The notes below the pieces were generated by a model that did no database searches, was not told the DNA's origin, and saw only the letters and a list, made by a program, of their open reading frames with translations. Shown one piece after another: positions 1 to 11,778 of a stretch of DNA of 64,000 bases. Within the stretch, counting starts at the first letter, position 1. Each line of letters starts with the position of its first letter. Origin of the DNA: Octopus vulgaris (lineage: Eukaryota); contig OX597814.1 of the NCBI GenBank assembly GCA_951406725.2, forward strand, positions 44,454,001 through 44,518,000, in the 5' to 3' direction. A program made the position numbers and the translations under genes.

Positions 1-147
1 ATACATATCAGAGTCAAATGTGTATGTGCGTTGTGTGTTTGTGTGTGGGTGACAGAGACATCTGTGTGCATAAGTGTCATCCAATGCAGAGATTTAGATA
101 CATTTTACATCTCATGTGTGTGTACGTATATTCGTTGTTGAATAGTT

Positions 148-155
148 AGACAGAC

Positions 156-246
<91 letters not shown>
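148..246 (+). repeat. (GATA)n tetranucleotide microsatellite
   Basis: Direct reading of ~25 GATA/GACA units. Confidence 0.97.
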
Positions 247-247
<1 letters not shown>

Positions 248-779
248 GGAAAGAAAAACAAAAATATTCAAAGTTTTATCATCCTTATCAAGATTCTTCT
301 TATATCCTTATTCGGCATATATGTTTTATTCGGAACAGTGATTCTTTAAAATCCACTTATCTTCCATGTCGACAACATCATAATGGCATATTTTTGTTAT
401 TTATTAAACAGTTGTTATATACGTGTTGCCCTCGCATTCTATCTAGTCACAGGATCTAGAGAATAATTTCTCAAATGATAAAACTGTAAACGTTGGATTT
501 AGAATCAAATAAGCTTAAATCTCATGATATGATGATATATTTTTACAAGTTGTATATTCATACTTTATTTGGGTTCGTATTTTTTCTGTTAGTAAAAATT
601 CTATAATAATTTTAGATATTTTTTCGAAAGTTTTTCTAGTATGGAAACAAGCAAGACCTTTAAACAATATTATATGGGACGTATTGCTTATCAAAATATG
701 TCTTTGTTGAGGTTATTTAAAATGCTTCTCATGCTAGTTCGAATATTTTTATTAATACATCTTTCACAGGTTCCACGTA

Positions 780-1390
780 ATTGGAGCCCCTCACCTTGCT
801 GAACCTACATTGCAAAAGCGTAAATTTTTGCAAGGGACCGTGAAATTTCTTTCGGCTGGAGGAGGATAGGGCCTTTCTCATAGTTATAATTGCCCCACAT
901 TGAGGTAGGCATTCCTAGGGATCTTTTCCGTCGTTTCTATCTCTTCATTATCGCCAGGCGCTAGCAATAATGCTGCTGGTTACTGTTTCAGGTTAATTTT
1001 TCTGTCTCATGATCGGCTTCTTGAAAACGAAACGAAACGAAACGTACCACTTTGACGTTTCCAATTCTGCACTCAATGGTGCTCTAGCAATAGCGGATTC
1101 AAGAATCTGCTGCTACTGTTACTGTATTTGCTCATCATAGCTGAGAGCGTATTTGTAGCAGCCAATTTTTTTCTGCTTTCTGTCACTGACTATCACGGCG
1201 CACCAGAGTATGTCCACAGATGTTACGCCTAACAGCATATCACCAAATGCACTATGAGAGTAATAACGAGCCAGTGGTCAAATAATTTTTAAAAAACTGC
1301 TTCTAGGTTCATTCATCACATTTCCTGTGGAGTTTGTCTACGAACATCTATGGAGTGCATCTACGTGGCTTGTCACTTCGTGCCATCTTG
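780..1390 (-). pseudogene. Possible heavily degraded Ty3/gypsy gag relic
   Basis: Minus-strand fragments RRQTPQE..SAFGDML..DILWCAV..SDRKQKK..IARAPLSAE followed by Cys-rich remnants resemble gypsy gag (C.FG...LRD.LVCG...KLL); many stops and frameshifts. Confidence 0.3.
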
Positions 1391-2864
1391 AGGTTAAGAA
1401 AAAATCATTGTTCCATATGTCATTAATCGACATTTCAAAGACATCTCATTTTATTTTAATGATCGTTCTAGCAATTCTCTGAACAGTACGAGAAAAATTG
1501 GAATCACACAAGTAGGTAAGCTGCATTATTCAATACGGTTATGTTGAATTTCCCAATAGAAATTCACCTCTTTTGTGGCATCAAGTTACCAAATAATCTT
1601 TTTGTTATTTATTTAACAGTTCCATGTCGAAAGATTGCTAGAGGCACGTTGTATTTGTAAATACAGAAAATAGCTTTTAACTTGACTTTATGTGTACTTT
1701 CATTTGTCAAATATCTATGTATTTATGATAGTTTTGCTTCTGTTATTTTTGTTAAATATATTAGTACCGCTCGTGTGTGTAGTATTCCATACAGAAATAT
1801 CAATATATTCTTCCGTACAGAAGTATCAGTATATATTGTATGTATGTATTTCGCTATGCAATGTTCATAAATATGTTCTTTTTAGTCATTAAAGACTGTG
1901 GATGTATTTTCACGCTCACTCTTGTGGTTATGGTTAACAGAAATAATCGTCGCAATGCTATATACGTGCATAGGCAAAAGGGGAAATAGAAAAAGTTGTC
2001 TAACATCATGTTTTTGTCTTCTTCCGTTTCTTAAATTAGCAGATAACCAATTCCTTGTAGATTGGATTAATTGCAAAATAATACATTCTTTTCTTAACAT
2101 TAAACCTTTTATAATTAATTATCTCAAACTTTTCTCATAAGCGTCCAGCACAGGTCAACATTTTATAATATGAAGTGATGTAAATATAAATCTCCATATT
2201 TGGAATAAACCCGGTAATATCACCAAATTGAAAACATACATAAGCGTAAATCAGATCTTATAAAAGAAGGATATGATATACCTGAGTGAAGTCTTGCATA
2301 CAAACAATATAAGGAAGAAAGACAGTAAGAATAACTACTTTTCATTGCACATTCAATATACAACACTGACAACACGACATTTTATATAATCAAGACGAAA
2401 TGAAATTAATGAACCAGACGAACATTAAAAATATACTAAATATGCTGAAGGCTAAATCAAAAAGTAACAATAGCAAGAAATAATTTGGAAGTGTGAGTTT
2501 ATTACAATGTCAACCGAAGAGATCAGCGCACCACAGAGTTCACAATCTGTGTCATATCAAAGGTAACTCAATAAGGAATAGCCTGTTGCTTAATTAAGGC
2601 GTTCGAAGTAAAAAAAAAAAATTAACAGGAACGCTTGACTACTGAAAATTACGTTGGAATATTTAATGCATTCAATACAATAATGAAACACACATGACAA
2701 AGATAATCAAAAGATGCAAGTAAAAGTACAATAACTATAAAAGAGAAAAACACTCAGGAAGTAATGGAAAATTGAGCAATGTTTAGCGGCACGATTATGA
2801 ATATTTACTTTTAACACTCCTGGAGGGACAAAGTCACCTTTTAATAAAATACCAAAAACGTGTA

Positions 2865-3818
2865 TCTGTATATATAACGGAGGATGTCTGTCTGTGTGCG
2901 TCTTTATTTGTGGGCTTGCGTATCACGTCAACACTGTTTGTCTGATTTTCACCAAATTTCACACACATATGTATTTTGGTCCCAGGAGTGTTTCTGGTAT
3001 ATCGATTTTTCACATTTTGCTTACTTTTAGCACAGGATGGGAAAAAACGACTCAAAAAAGTCATTTCAGGGCTTCTCTTATTTTGCTCAAATATGAAATA
3101 AACATACATTAAGCTTTCGGGCACAGGCTGCAAAATAATGCACGCTTTTAGGGCATGTCCCTTTGAGAGCTAAAACAAATCGAATTTATATGTATACACG
3201 ATCTACACATACATTTGGGCCTCAAGGAATGAACTCCGATAATGTTGCTTCGGAATCTGGCGCCACTGCGACAGTGGCACACGACTGGTTGTAAAAATAA
3301 CTCTAACCAATGTCATCGAAGCGACAATTTTAACGGGATGTGGACAAGGGGACGACGTACTTATTCCAAGAATTCCCCTCATTTCATGAGGAGTGGACAT
3401 TCTCTTTTCATTTTGGAGACCCAAATTCCCAATTCTTGTCAGCTTTGCGATGTCCAGCAACAAGTCCCAAGGCCAAACTCTATCTGTTGCTTGCCTTCTT
3501 TTGGAAGAGTTATGTTTTTCACATGGACAACTGTATGCTGGCTGTTCAAGAGTGGGAAGCAAGACGGATCTTTATGTCTTCGCCAAAAACGGGAAAACAC
3601 GGAATATTGTGTACAAGGAGGTGCTGCAATCGCAACAAGAAAGGTAAGAACTTCCCGTTTCTTGAACATTCGTGTTACAATTTTTCATCGCTGCATATCC
3701 AATATCATTTGACTTTTTAGGTAAAAAGCCCAAAGCGTTTATACTCAATTGGTTGAGAAAAGAAGGCACTGCTTCAGAAGTATGCCCGATCACGGGCAAT
3801 GCCGGGATTTACAGCTAG
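2865..3818 (+). mobile_element. Non-autonomous (internally deleted) Helitron with both termini
   Basis: 5' A|TCTGTATATATAAC at 2864/2865; 3' GC-rich hairpin (GCCCG-ATCA-CGGGC, CGGGCAATGCCGGG) then CTAG|T at 3815-3819; inserted between A and T; contains a helicase fragment. Confidence 0.9.
3208..3647 (+). pseudogene. Helitron RepHel PIF1-like helicase, C-terminal fragment (frameshift and stops)
   Basis: LKE*TPIMLLRNLAP / SGTRLVVKITLTNVIEATILTGCGQGDDVLIPRIPLIS*..FPILVSFAMSSNKSQGQTL..FSHGQLYAGCSRV..GKTRNIVYKEVL match the C-terminal motifs of Helitron helicases. Confidence 0.93.
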
Positions 3819-4768
3819 TAAGGATATAAGAAGAATAAAATCATTAGAAATTCAAGCATACTTGGACATAATATGGAATGAAGACAATCAGCAGAGGGAA
3901 AATATACGATGGATGAGAAAAAATATCCTTTGTAACCGGAAAGGAACCCGTCGAAAGTCTGATTACTTGTGATTAACAGTGTCTCCAAATCCTGGCTGAA
4001 GCCCCTGATTAGTTCATATTGATATATGGCAGTAACATTCAATGCACGTTTACACAGAGCAAACTCAAGTGATTGACAGTTTGAGATGAGCAAAGACACC
4101 AGGAATCTATCTCATAAGCCTTTATATTTCGTCCCAGCAACATAAATCTCTTATCTTTAGACTATACATTAGGCTGGTTTACATCTATGGGCTTTTAATA
4201 TACTACCAGAGAAACAGAGAGAGTGCAAATATAAAAGAATGTTCCTTTGTCAACTTGACAGCCATGGATGAAAGGAAATTTTACAGAAGGCTGTGACAAA
4301 GAGGAAAACAAAACTCAGAGCATCTTGGATTATTTATCGAAAGATATGTGAAAGGATTGCAGACTCATTGGGACTGGAAACATTCTATATAAATGAAACC
4401 GCTCTATTATGAATAAAATGCACATCACTTCAAAAATGGCAATATAATCTTCCAAAGTATACTCAAGATAACCAAAGTCAACACGATATCTATAGAATGT
4501 CGGTCTTCCAAAGACAGTCTTTACGATCCTCCTCTTTCGACTTTAATTCTGTTAACAATCCGATACAAGTAAAACACAGGTGGGTGCTGATACAATGGTT
4601 AAGAGTATCTTTAACATATTTGCAAAGGATTTCGCGTGTGGAAAACGTACAACAAATTGTGCGTAAATTCAATTCATATTTTTCACAAAGACCCACTACT
4701 CCTCAGGCTCCATATGGTTCCCATCCTCACAAGCAGATACAATGAAACATCAGAGAGGGAAGCTGCAA

Positions 4769-5046
4769 TTATTACCGCCACGTTAACAAAGGCGGAGGTA
4801 GTGGTTTTAGTCGTTTGTTTGTTTGTTTGTCCGTGGACACGATTTCCCAAGAACCGCTGGATGGACTCGGGTGGAACTTTCAGGGATGTTTGGCCTCGTG
4901 ACTGTCACGAATTGATTAGAATTTGGGATCGATATTTTTCGGGGATTTTTTTTACTTAATTTTTTCAGAGCGGTCGGGTTCATTTGTAATATTCTCATCG
5001 TTGGTGTTGCCTTGGCAGAGGTTTGCGCTCTCTGAATGCTCTTGTT
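4769..5046 (+). mobile_element. HINE/DINE-1-like (Helentron-associated) non-autonomous element
   Basis: TTATTACCGCC..GGCGGAGG 5' subterminal inverted repeat, (GTTT)n microsatellite, 3' CTTGGCAGAGG repeat plus short hairpin GCGCTC-TCT-GAATGC, T-rich flanks. Confidence 0.65.
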
Positions 5047-6110
5047 GTTATTGTTTTAAGCGAAATTAATCTTCTAGTTCTAGCAGTGTAAGCTACCACT
5101 GACCTTTTGAAATTGAAAACGAGGATAACTTTTCCAACATCTCCGAGGCAGGGCACTGTGATGCAAAAAGCAGACTGTTGCCTGCATCAGTGCCCTTTTC
5201 TCTTACTGATATTCTACGTAGATCTTAAATGCCATATAATGCAACATGTGTTACGGCTAATCATTTTGATCTAAATTATCACGCATAGAGATCGGGAATC
5301 GTTTTTTTCTTGCGGAACAGTGAGAACTCGTCTGCTAATGATGCTGTAGCCGACTGCCTATCATTGAAAATCCCGTCAAAGCTGACTCCCCGATCACATT
5401 ATGCAGCAAAATATACCACAAGATAGGGATTAACATTGTCAGACACATCATTAATGCTGAACCTCGTATTCCATCTTTACAAATAGTGTGAGATCAGTTT
5501 ATAGGCAAATATAATATCACCAGCTGAGATTGTGCTTTGGCAGCGTCATCAGTATAAATAAAACGGCATATCGTACTATATGCCTTCCTTCTCTCAATTT
5601 AAATTTCGAGCTTAGGCAATAACTACAAGCAGAGAAGTTCTCATTCTCTCTCTCATTCCCGGGACATTATATTGCCATGCAATTGTTCTTTCAATTAAAT
5701 TTTCCAAATCAAGTGTCCGTTTGAATAAAAGAACTTTTGCAAAGAACGAAGTCTCGATTGGATTTGAAATAATTTCAATACCGTTACCAATTGCGATAAT
5801 CCGAATTCCTAGTGAATTAATTATATAAAGAAATACAAAGAACGAGATAAAGCGGTCTATATTCTTATTCGCAGTTTTCACATTGTTATGGTATTCGCTC
5901 TGAATCAGTCTCGTTGCGTAATATACGTTTCATTTACTGTAATAGAGAGAGACAACGTGGCTAAGTTACGCAAGTTTTGTTTGATTTTGTCAAAGACAAT
6001 ATGTTTAGAGTAGCGAAGATGTTTCAGTTGCAATAAGTGCCAGAAAAAAGATTTGACTATTGAAGAGTTGGTTAGATATGATACAGGAAACTCTTTTATT
6101 CATCTCAATA

Positions 6111-6365
6111 GCTACTACTACTACTACTACTACTGCTGCTACAGCTACTACTACCACTACTGCTACTGCTACCACTATTACTACTACTACTACTACTCCG
6201 ATCACAACAACCACCACCACTACTACTACCACCGCCACCACTACTACTACTACCACCACAACCTCCACCACCACTACTACTACTACTACTACCACCACAA
6301 CCACCACAACCACCACCACCACTACTACTACTACCACCACTACTACCACCACCACCACCACAACC

Positions 6366-6397
<32 letters not shown>

Positions 6398-6441
6398 GGC
6401 TACTATTGTTGCTACTACTACTTCTGCTGCTAAAACTACTA
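6111..6441 (+). repeat. Compound (ACT)n/(ACC)n trinucleotide array
   Basis: Direct reading; source of the poly-T/V/S/Y/H pseudo-ORFs. Confidence 0.95.
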
Positions 6442-7010
6442 TTGTTTAAATCTGCAACGCTATTGTGCGGCATTTATTGCTAAGATAGCTTTCACAGATA
6501 CAAAAGAAAAAGCAGTAGACACACGTACCCAAACTCAGAAGCATACGCACATATCTAATATCTAATAGATGTTTATATTGTCATACACGTAAAGACGAAC
6601 GACACCCCCACACACACACTTATATATAGCGTATATTTAACAAGAATCTGCAGATTTTATTGCACTGTGAGTTATTGAGACGAAGGTCATATTATCTTGT
6701 CTGACACTATTTATACTCTCAATCCACGGCCCTACATTATAAAATATGCAATCAAATAGATGTACACCAAATGAAATTCTTTTTGCCTATACACTGACAA
6801 TCAATGAATATCGGGGGAAAAAGACATTTAGAGAGGGGTTGATAAAGACAATAGTAATATTCTGATAGGTTCGTTTATTTTATTTCAAATCCTGTCTGGA
6901 CAGATCTTTCCTTTCATCTACCGAGTGTAGATAAAAGAAATAACACTGAAGTATTGAGACTGATTCAGTTGAATATTCACCGTTGCAAAAGTTTCAGGTT
7001 TATAATTTTA

Positions 7011-7397
7011 CTAGCAGCGTTGCTCGGGATTGTTTTCTTTTCGACTCTTTCGAATTGGAATTTTTGAAAAGTAAAAAATTTTGCATTATATAGCTTGTTA
7101 TTCTCTTTAAGTGAACATTTTTCTGGTTGAAATACACCGAAAAATGGCGACACAACAGTCAACAAATCGTAAAAAATAGGGATTTTCATAGATAAAAAGC
7201 ACCTTTTTGATGTAAATAATTTTTAGTGTTAACATGGTCCGATTTGAAATTTTTTCTTCCAAGGAAGGAAGAGCAAGCCTTCTATCATACTCTCAATTTT
7301 GGTCAACTTGCGCCGCAGGGTCTCAGAGGAGATAGTGTTAGTTGAAGGCTACCAAACCTGCCATACACAGACAACTTCAGCTTTATATATACAGGGA
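7011..7397 (-). mobile_element. Short non-autonomous Helitron
   Basis: Minus strand reads A|TCCCTGTATATATAAAG...CCCGAGCAACGCTG-CTAG|T; TC/CTAG termini in an AT target; one arm of the 3' hairpin appears lost. Confidence 0.75.
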
Positions 7398-7987
7398 TTA
7401 ATAATCATAATTAATTCGTATTTCTTTAGCTTTCGGACATCAACTTCCATACAACAATGTTTTCGGGAAAACGTGGTAGAAAGATTTTAAATTTAGGACT
7501 AAAACTGCTTGAACAGTCAGCTTTGCAATTGTATAGCGTGCCAAAATTTTATTCGAGATGGATACCATGAATAACATGCAACAGTTCATTTCATGATAGC
7601 TTCATCATACACAAGCAACCATCTTCTGTTGCTTGTGCTATTGGACGGCGACAGATTCGACGAACAGCTACTCCATGAAACAAAAAGAACAGTCAAAAGA
7701 ACAGAAATTTATGAGCTGCTAATAGAAACAAATTTTTGAAGCCTTAAGCACATGTGTATGCCTTATGAAGTCTATTCTGAAATACTGTGCTCGCTTGCTT
7801 TATTCTTGATTTAGATGTGCTGTAACTGGCATCATATTTGGATTATTTCCAAATCCTTTAGCAGAGAGGCGGCAACGTAATTGAAGTAAACTAATTTCAA
7901 CAAGAAGTGGGAAATGTATTACAAATAAGAACAAGCGTACAAAGCTAGCGAAGAATTGATATATTCAATGATTATCCATTATTACCT

Positions 7988-8030
<43 letters not shown>

Positions 8031-8360
8031 AAACAGAAACAGCTCTATATCACTTTCGACATATACATTTGTGTTGTAGATTAGTAGTTCTAACAGAATC
8101 ACTAACAGTAGCAGTTTGCAACACTGCCAAATACCAACCTACTACATAGACGAAAGGAAGCATCAGTTATTTGCAACATCAATTTTCTTGGAAGTACCTT
8201 AATTCTGTTTAATACATTTAGATTTTTTTTTTTCATATACAAATATCTTTCCCTGTTGAAATAAGTTTAAATCTTTAAAATGTTCACCATTATATATATT
8301 ATTGTTTTTCTTCCAACTATATGCAAATTTTGCAATTGAAGTTTTGAATATAATATTTAA

Positions 8361-8586
8361 TACTCTCTTTTACTTACTGTAGCCATACTGGAGCACCACC
8401 TTTAGCCGAGCACATCGACCCCAGGACTTATTCTTTGTAAACCTAGTACTTATTCTATCGGTATCTTTTACCGAACCGCTAAGTTACGGGGTCGTAAACA
8501 CACCAGCATCTGTTGTTAAACGATGTTGCGGGGACAAATACAGACACAAAAACACACACACACATACACACACACACGCACGCACG

Positions 8587-8683
<97 letters not shown>

Positions 8684-8855
8684 TATACACATATATACGA
8701 CAGGGTTCTTTCAGTTTCCGTCTACCAAATCCACTCACAAGGCTTTGGTCGGCCCGAGGCTATAGTAGAAGACACTTACCCAAGGTGCCATACAGTGGGA
8801 CTGAACCCGGGACCATGTGGTTTGTAAGCAAGCTACTTACCACACAGCCACTCCT
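8361..8855 (-). mobile_element. tRNA-derived SINE family A with internal (CA)n(TA)n
   Basis: Minus-strand head AGGAGTGGCTGTGTGGT (A box)..GGTTCAGTCCC (B box), CORE-like ACCTTGGGTAAGTGTCTT; homologous copies at 36091, 40861 and 62034. Confidence 0.9.
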
Positions 8856-9059
8856 TTATCTCTAAAATGTATATGACCGCACTCTTTTGGAAGAAAGGTA
8901 ATAAAATACCAGTGATGTATTCATTTATTTATCATCCCGTCTATTCGAACATACTGGACTTTCTTTACCTGTAAATCCTTTCCTAACGTACAATGTTAGT
9001 GAATGGTTGAGGAAATAAGGCTGCGACATCCAGCAAGTTGTGTTCCTGCATTGAAACCT

Positions 9060-9330
9060 TCGCTTGTAGGCTCGGAATAGTCTTACTGTTACCATGCTGA
9101 GTCATATACGACATAACTGGAGAACCATACTGACAGTCGTTCCAGCTGCGACGATTCTGCCCGATATACACGAGTAACGTTATTATATGCTATAAGGTTT
9201 ATGTGATTGTATGATTTTTGAAAGAATTTTGTTGCTATTTTCGGCTGGTTTAGCGATATTTTGTTTGTGTTGTGTGTTTTCCAAAGCATGGCAGGTTTTT
9301 TAATGGTTAAAGTATTAACTGTTAAAAGCG
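9060..9330 (-). pseudogene. Possible degraded PLE GIY-YIG endonuclease fragment
   Basis: Minus-strand NLIAY...VYIGQNRRSW resembles the GIY-YIG YIGQT.R.L motif; frameshifted. Confidence 0.35.
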
Positions 9331-10037
9331 TGCTATTCATGCAAATATGAAGATTTTACACACAAATGTGAAACATGTAACCTGTAAAATTGTCTAAAAA
9401 CGTATTTTCGATTATTTTTTGATTTGCAATTAGGATTCTCTGCCTAATAATGCATTTCTTTCCGTATACATGACGCAAAGATTTTCATATTAAAAATAAA
9501 AGTATATTTGCGCTGTGCAGAGCGAGATCTAAAACAATGATTTTAACATTCGTCCTTGACATATCCTGCAGATTGGAACACAAACTATGCTTGTTGCTGT
9601 TGTATACGCCATAGGAGAAAAACTTCTTCCTTTTACGATGACAGTGTGTTCATAAGGCATTCGAGTCATTGACACAAGAGCTTCTGGGGTACCAGTGTTT
9701 CGGTACGTCGTGGCTCGTCAATCAGGTCCGGGTACTTCTGGCTCACATAACGTAACTTGTCGAAATACCGGTGTCTCAACGTACCTTGCGCCAATGAGCG
9801 GAGTGTGTTATGAGTGTTTCTCCTTTGACGTACTCAATAGCGACAAGCATGTATTGAGTTCGTATATATTGTGTTCGAATAAGTATACAAATCATCATTA
9901 TCATATGAATCACTTGAAATGTATATTGTTATAAAAGTCTATTTACAGTTTGTCACTCTTTTGACAGGACGGGTTTTGGTTCAATGCTTGATTTCGAAAT
10001 AATGATGAAATTTTATTATTTATTCTAATTAAGTCAC

Positions 10038-10230
10038 CGAGCAGGTAGAATCGTTAGCAATATTTCTTCCAGCCTTACTTTCTGAGTTCAGATCGCGCAC
10101 CAACCGACTTTGCTTTTCAGTCTTTTGGGGTCGATGAGATAAGTACCAGTTCAGCATTGGGATCGATGTAATCGACTTTTCCCCTCCCCAAAAATGTCAC
10201 CCCATGTGCCAGTAGTAGAAAGGATTATTT
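10038..10230 (+). mobile_element. SINE family B, degraded copy
   Basis: GTAGAATCGTTAGCA..TGAGTTCAGATC..GACTTTGCTTTTCAGTCTTTTGGGGTCGAT aligns with the 45354-45580 copy; a fainter copy follows at ~10380-10550. Confidence 0.8.
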
Positions 10231-11455
10231 ATTTAAATTTTTCCTTATTGAATTTTCTCTAATTCAATGGGTCGTCCTGTCACTTTGAAATATAACGGAC
10301 ATCATTCAAAACTGCCTTCTTATATTCCCATTTCAAATTCTCCACACCAGTACTACTACTTTTTTCTGAGAGTGTATAAACACTGGTGGGCCATTTGAGC
10401 ATTGGACAAAATATCATAAGATATCAATTCAAGATTTTTACATTCTGACTTCAGATCTCACTGAAAATATATTTGCGTTTTGATCGTAGTGAATCAATAA
10501 AATAAAGTATTACTAGTGAACTAAGGGCGGTTTACTCGAGTAACCTTTCCTCATGATGAGAATCAGAGCATTGACAAACAACAGACAAATATTTTATCCT
10601 GCTTATCCCTCTTTTAACGATTGTATCACCAACACATTTGGCAAACAAGCAATTAATCTTTATATACCTGTTGACGCATTTCAGGATGTTGAATACAAAA
10701 TCTCTCCGGATGAACTCTCAACTTGAATTGGAAGGTGAGAATGGAGATAAACATTCTGATTTGAAACGAATTTAATGGAAAAAAGGTGAAATTAGATACA
10801 TAGGCAATGCCTATACGTTAACTTTTATCTGAATGTTACTGTCAAACAAGTGAACGTACACGCAGTTCAAAGTTATGTGGTCTTAGTAAGCCTCGATGTT
10901 CCCTAAGCGGCGGTTCCTATTCTGTTGAGAATGTTTTATACATAATGTATTGGAATATTTTCAATTCTTAATTTGTTTTATGTCACCCACTCGTTCGTTT
11001 ATTGTATAGTTGTATCCTGATATATGGTATTGTGGACAAGGTCGAAAAAAAAAATGAAAGAAAAACTAAAAGCATAGACTTTCTCTGAGGACAGACAACC
11101 ATCACCTTTTCACCATTGATTTGAGGACGTAGATAAGAGTAAGGATGGAAGGTTTGTTGAATGCTGTTATGTGTGGTCGGTATGGTCACACAGAATGGGC
11201 AGACTTTCAGCATGCGACTGCCAGCTGGAACAAACGGCGGCGACAGTGTTCTTGCCCTAGACAGCAAGGGGGACCCAGGACCAGTATGACTCCCTGATTG
11301 AGCCCAGATAGTTGTCCTTCCATTGGAGCATTGAACAGTTTCATTCCCTTTCGTTTAACATTCTACTGTTTCTTCAGTTTTCTCACACTCGTTTCCATAT
11401 AACACACCACGTATATTCTAATGTCTCTTCCTAATGCACAATGTCGACTACATTA

Positions 11456-11468
11456 GTTATTATTATTA

Positions 11469-11541
<73 letters not shown>

Positions 11542-11548
11542 TATTAAT

Positions 11549-11614
<66 letters not shown>

Positions 11615-11668
11615 GGCGTTGTTGTTGTTCTTATCACCACCACCAACACCATCATCACCATCATCGCC

Positions 11669-11767
<99 letters not shown>

Positions 11768-11778
11768 ATTATTATTAT
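11456..11778 (+). repeat. Compound (ATT)n/(ATC)n microsatellite
   Basis: Direct reading. Confidence 0.95.

Noticed and set aside
4250-4450. FYINETALL resembling the pogo/Tigger N.DETGL motif
   Set aside because: One short degenerate motif, no TIRs or other transposase motifs visible.
6005-6473. Long homopolymeric ORFs here and at 11431-11814 and 53121-54439, plus the many [12 protein letters not shown] ORFs
   Set aside because: They are translations of stop-free microsatellites in several frames at once, with no domain or splice support.
8770-8855. tRNA-like A/B boxes here and at other SINE heads
   Set aside because: No complete cloverleaf and they continue into SINE bodies, so they are not tRNA genes.
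9696-9956. CpG-rich block that could be a solo LTR (TG..CA) with an internal TACTCAATA/TATTGAGT hairpin
   Set aside because: No TSD, second copy, PBS or PPT identified.
11090-11340. GC-richer block with CGRYGH zinc-knuckle-like residues, or a possible exon
   Set aside because: Needs a frameshift, the knuckle is incomplete, and no convincing splice pair with an open frame.
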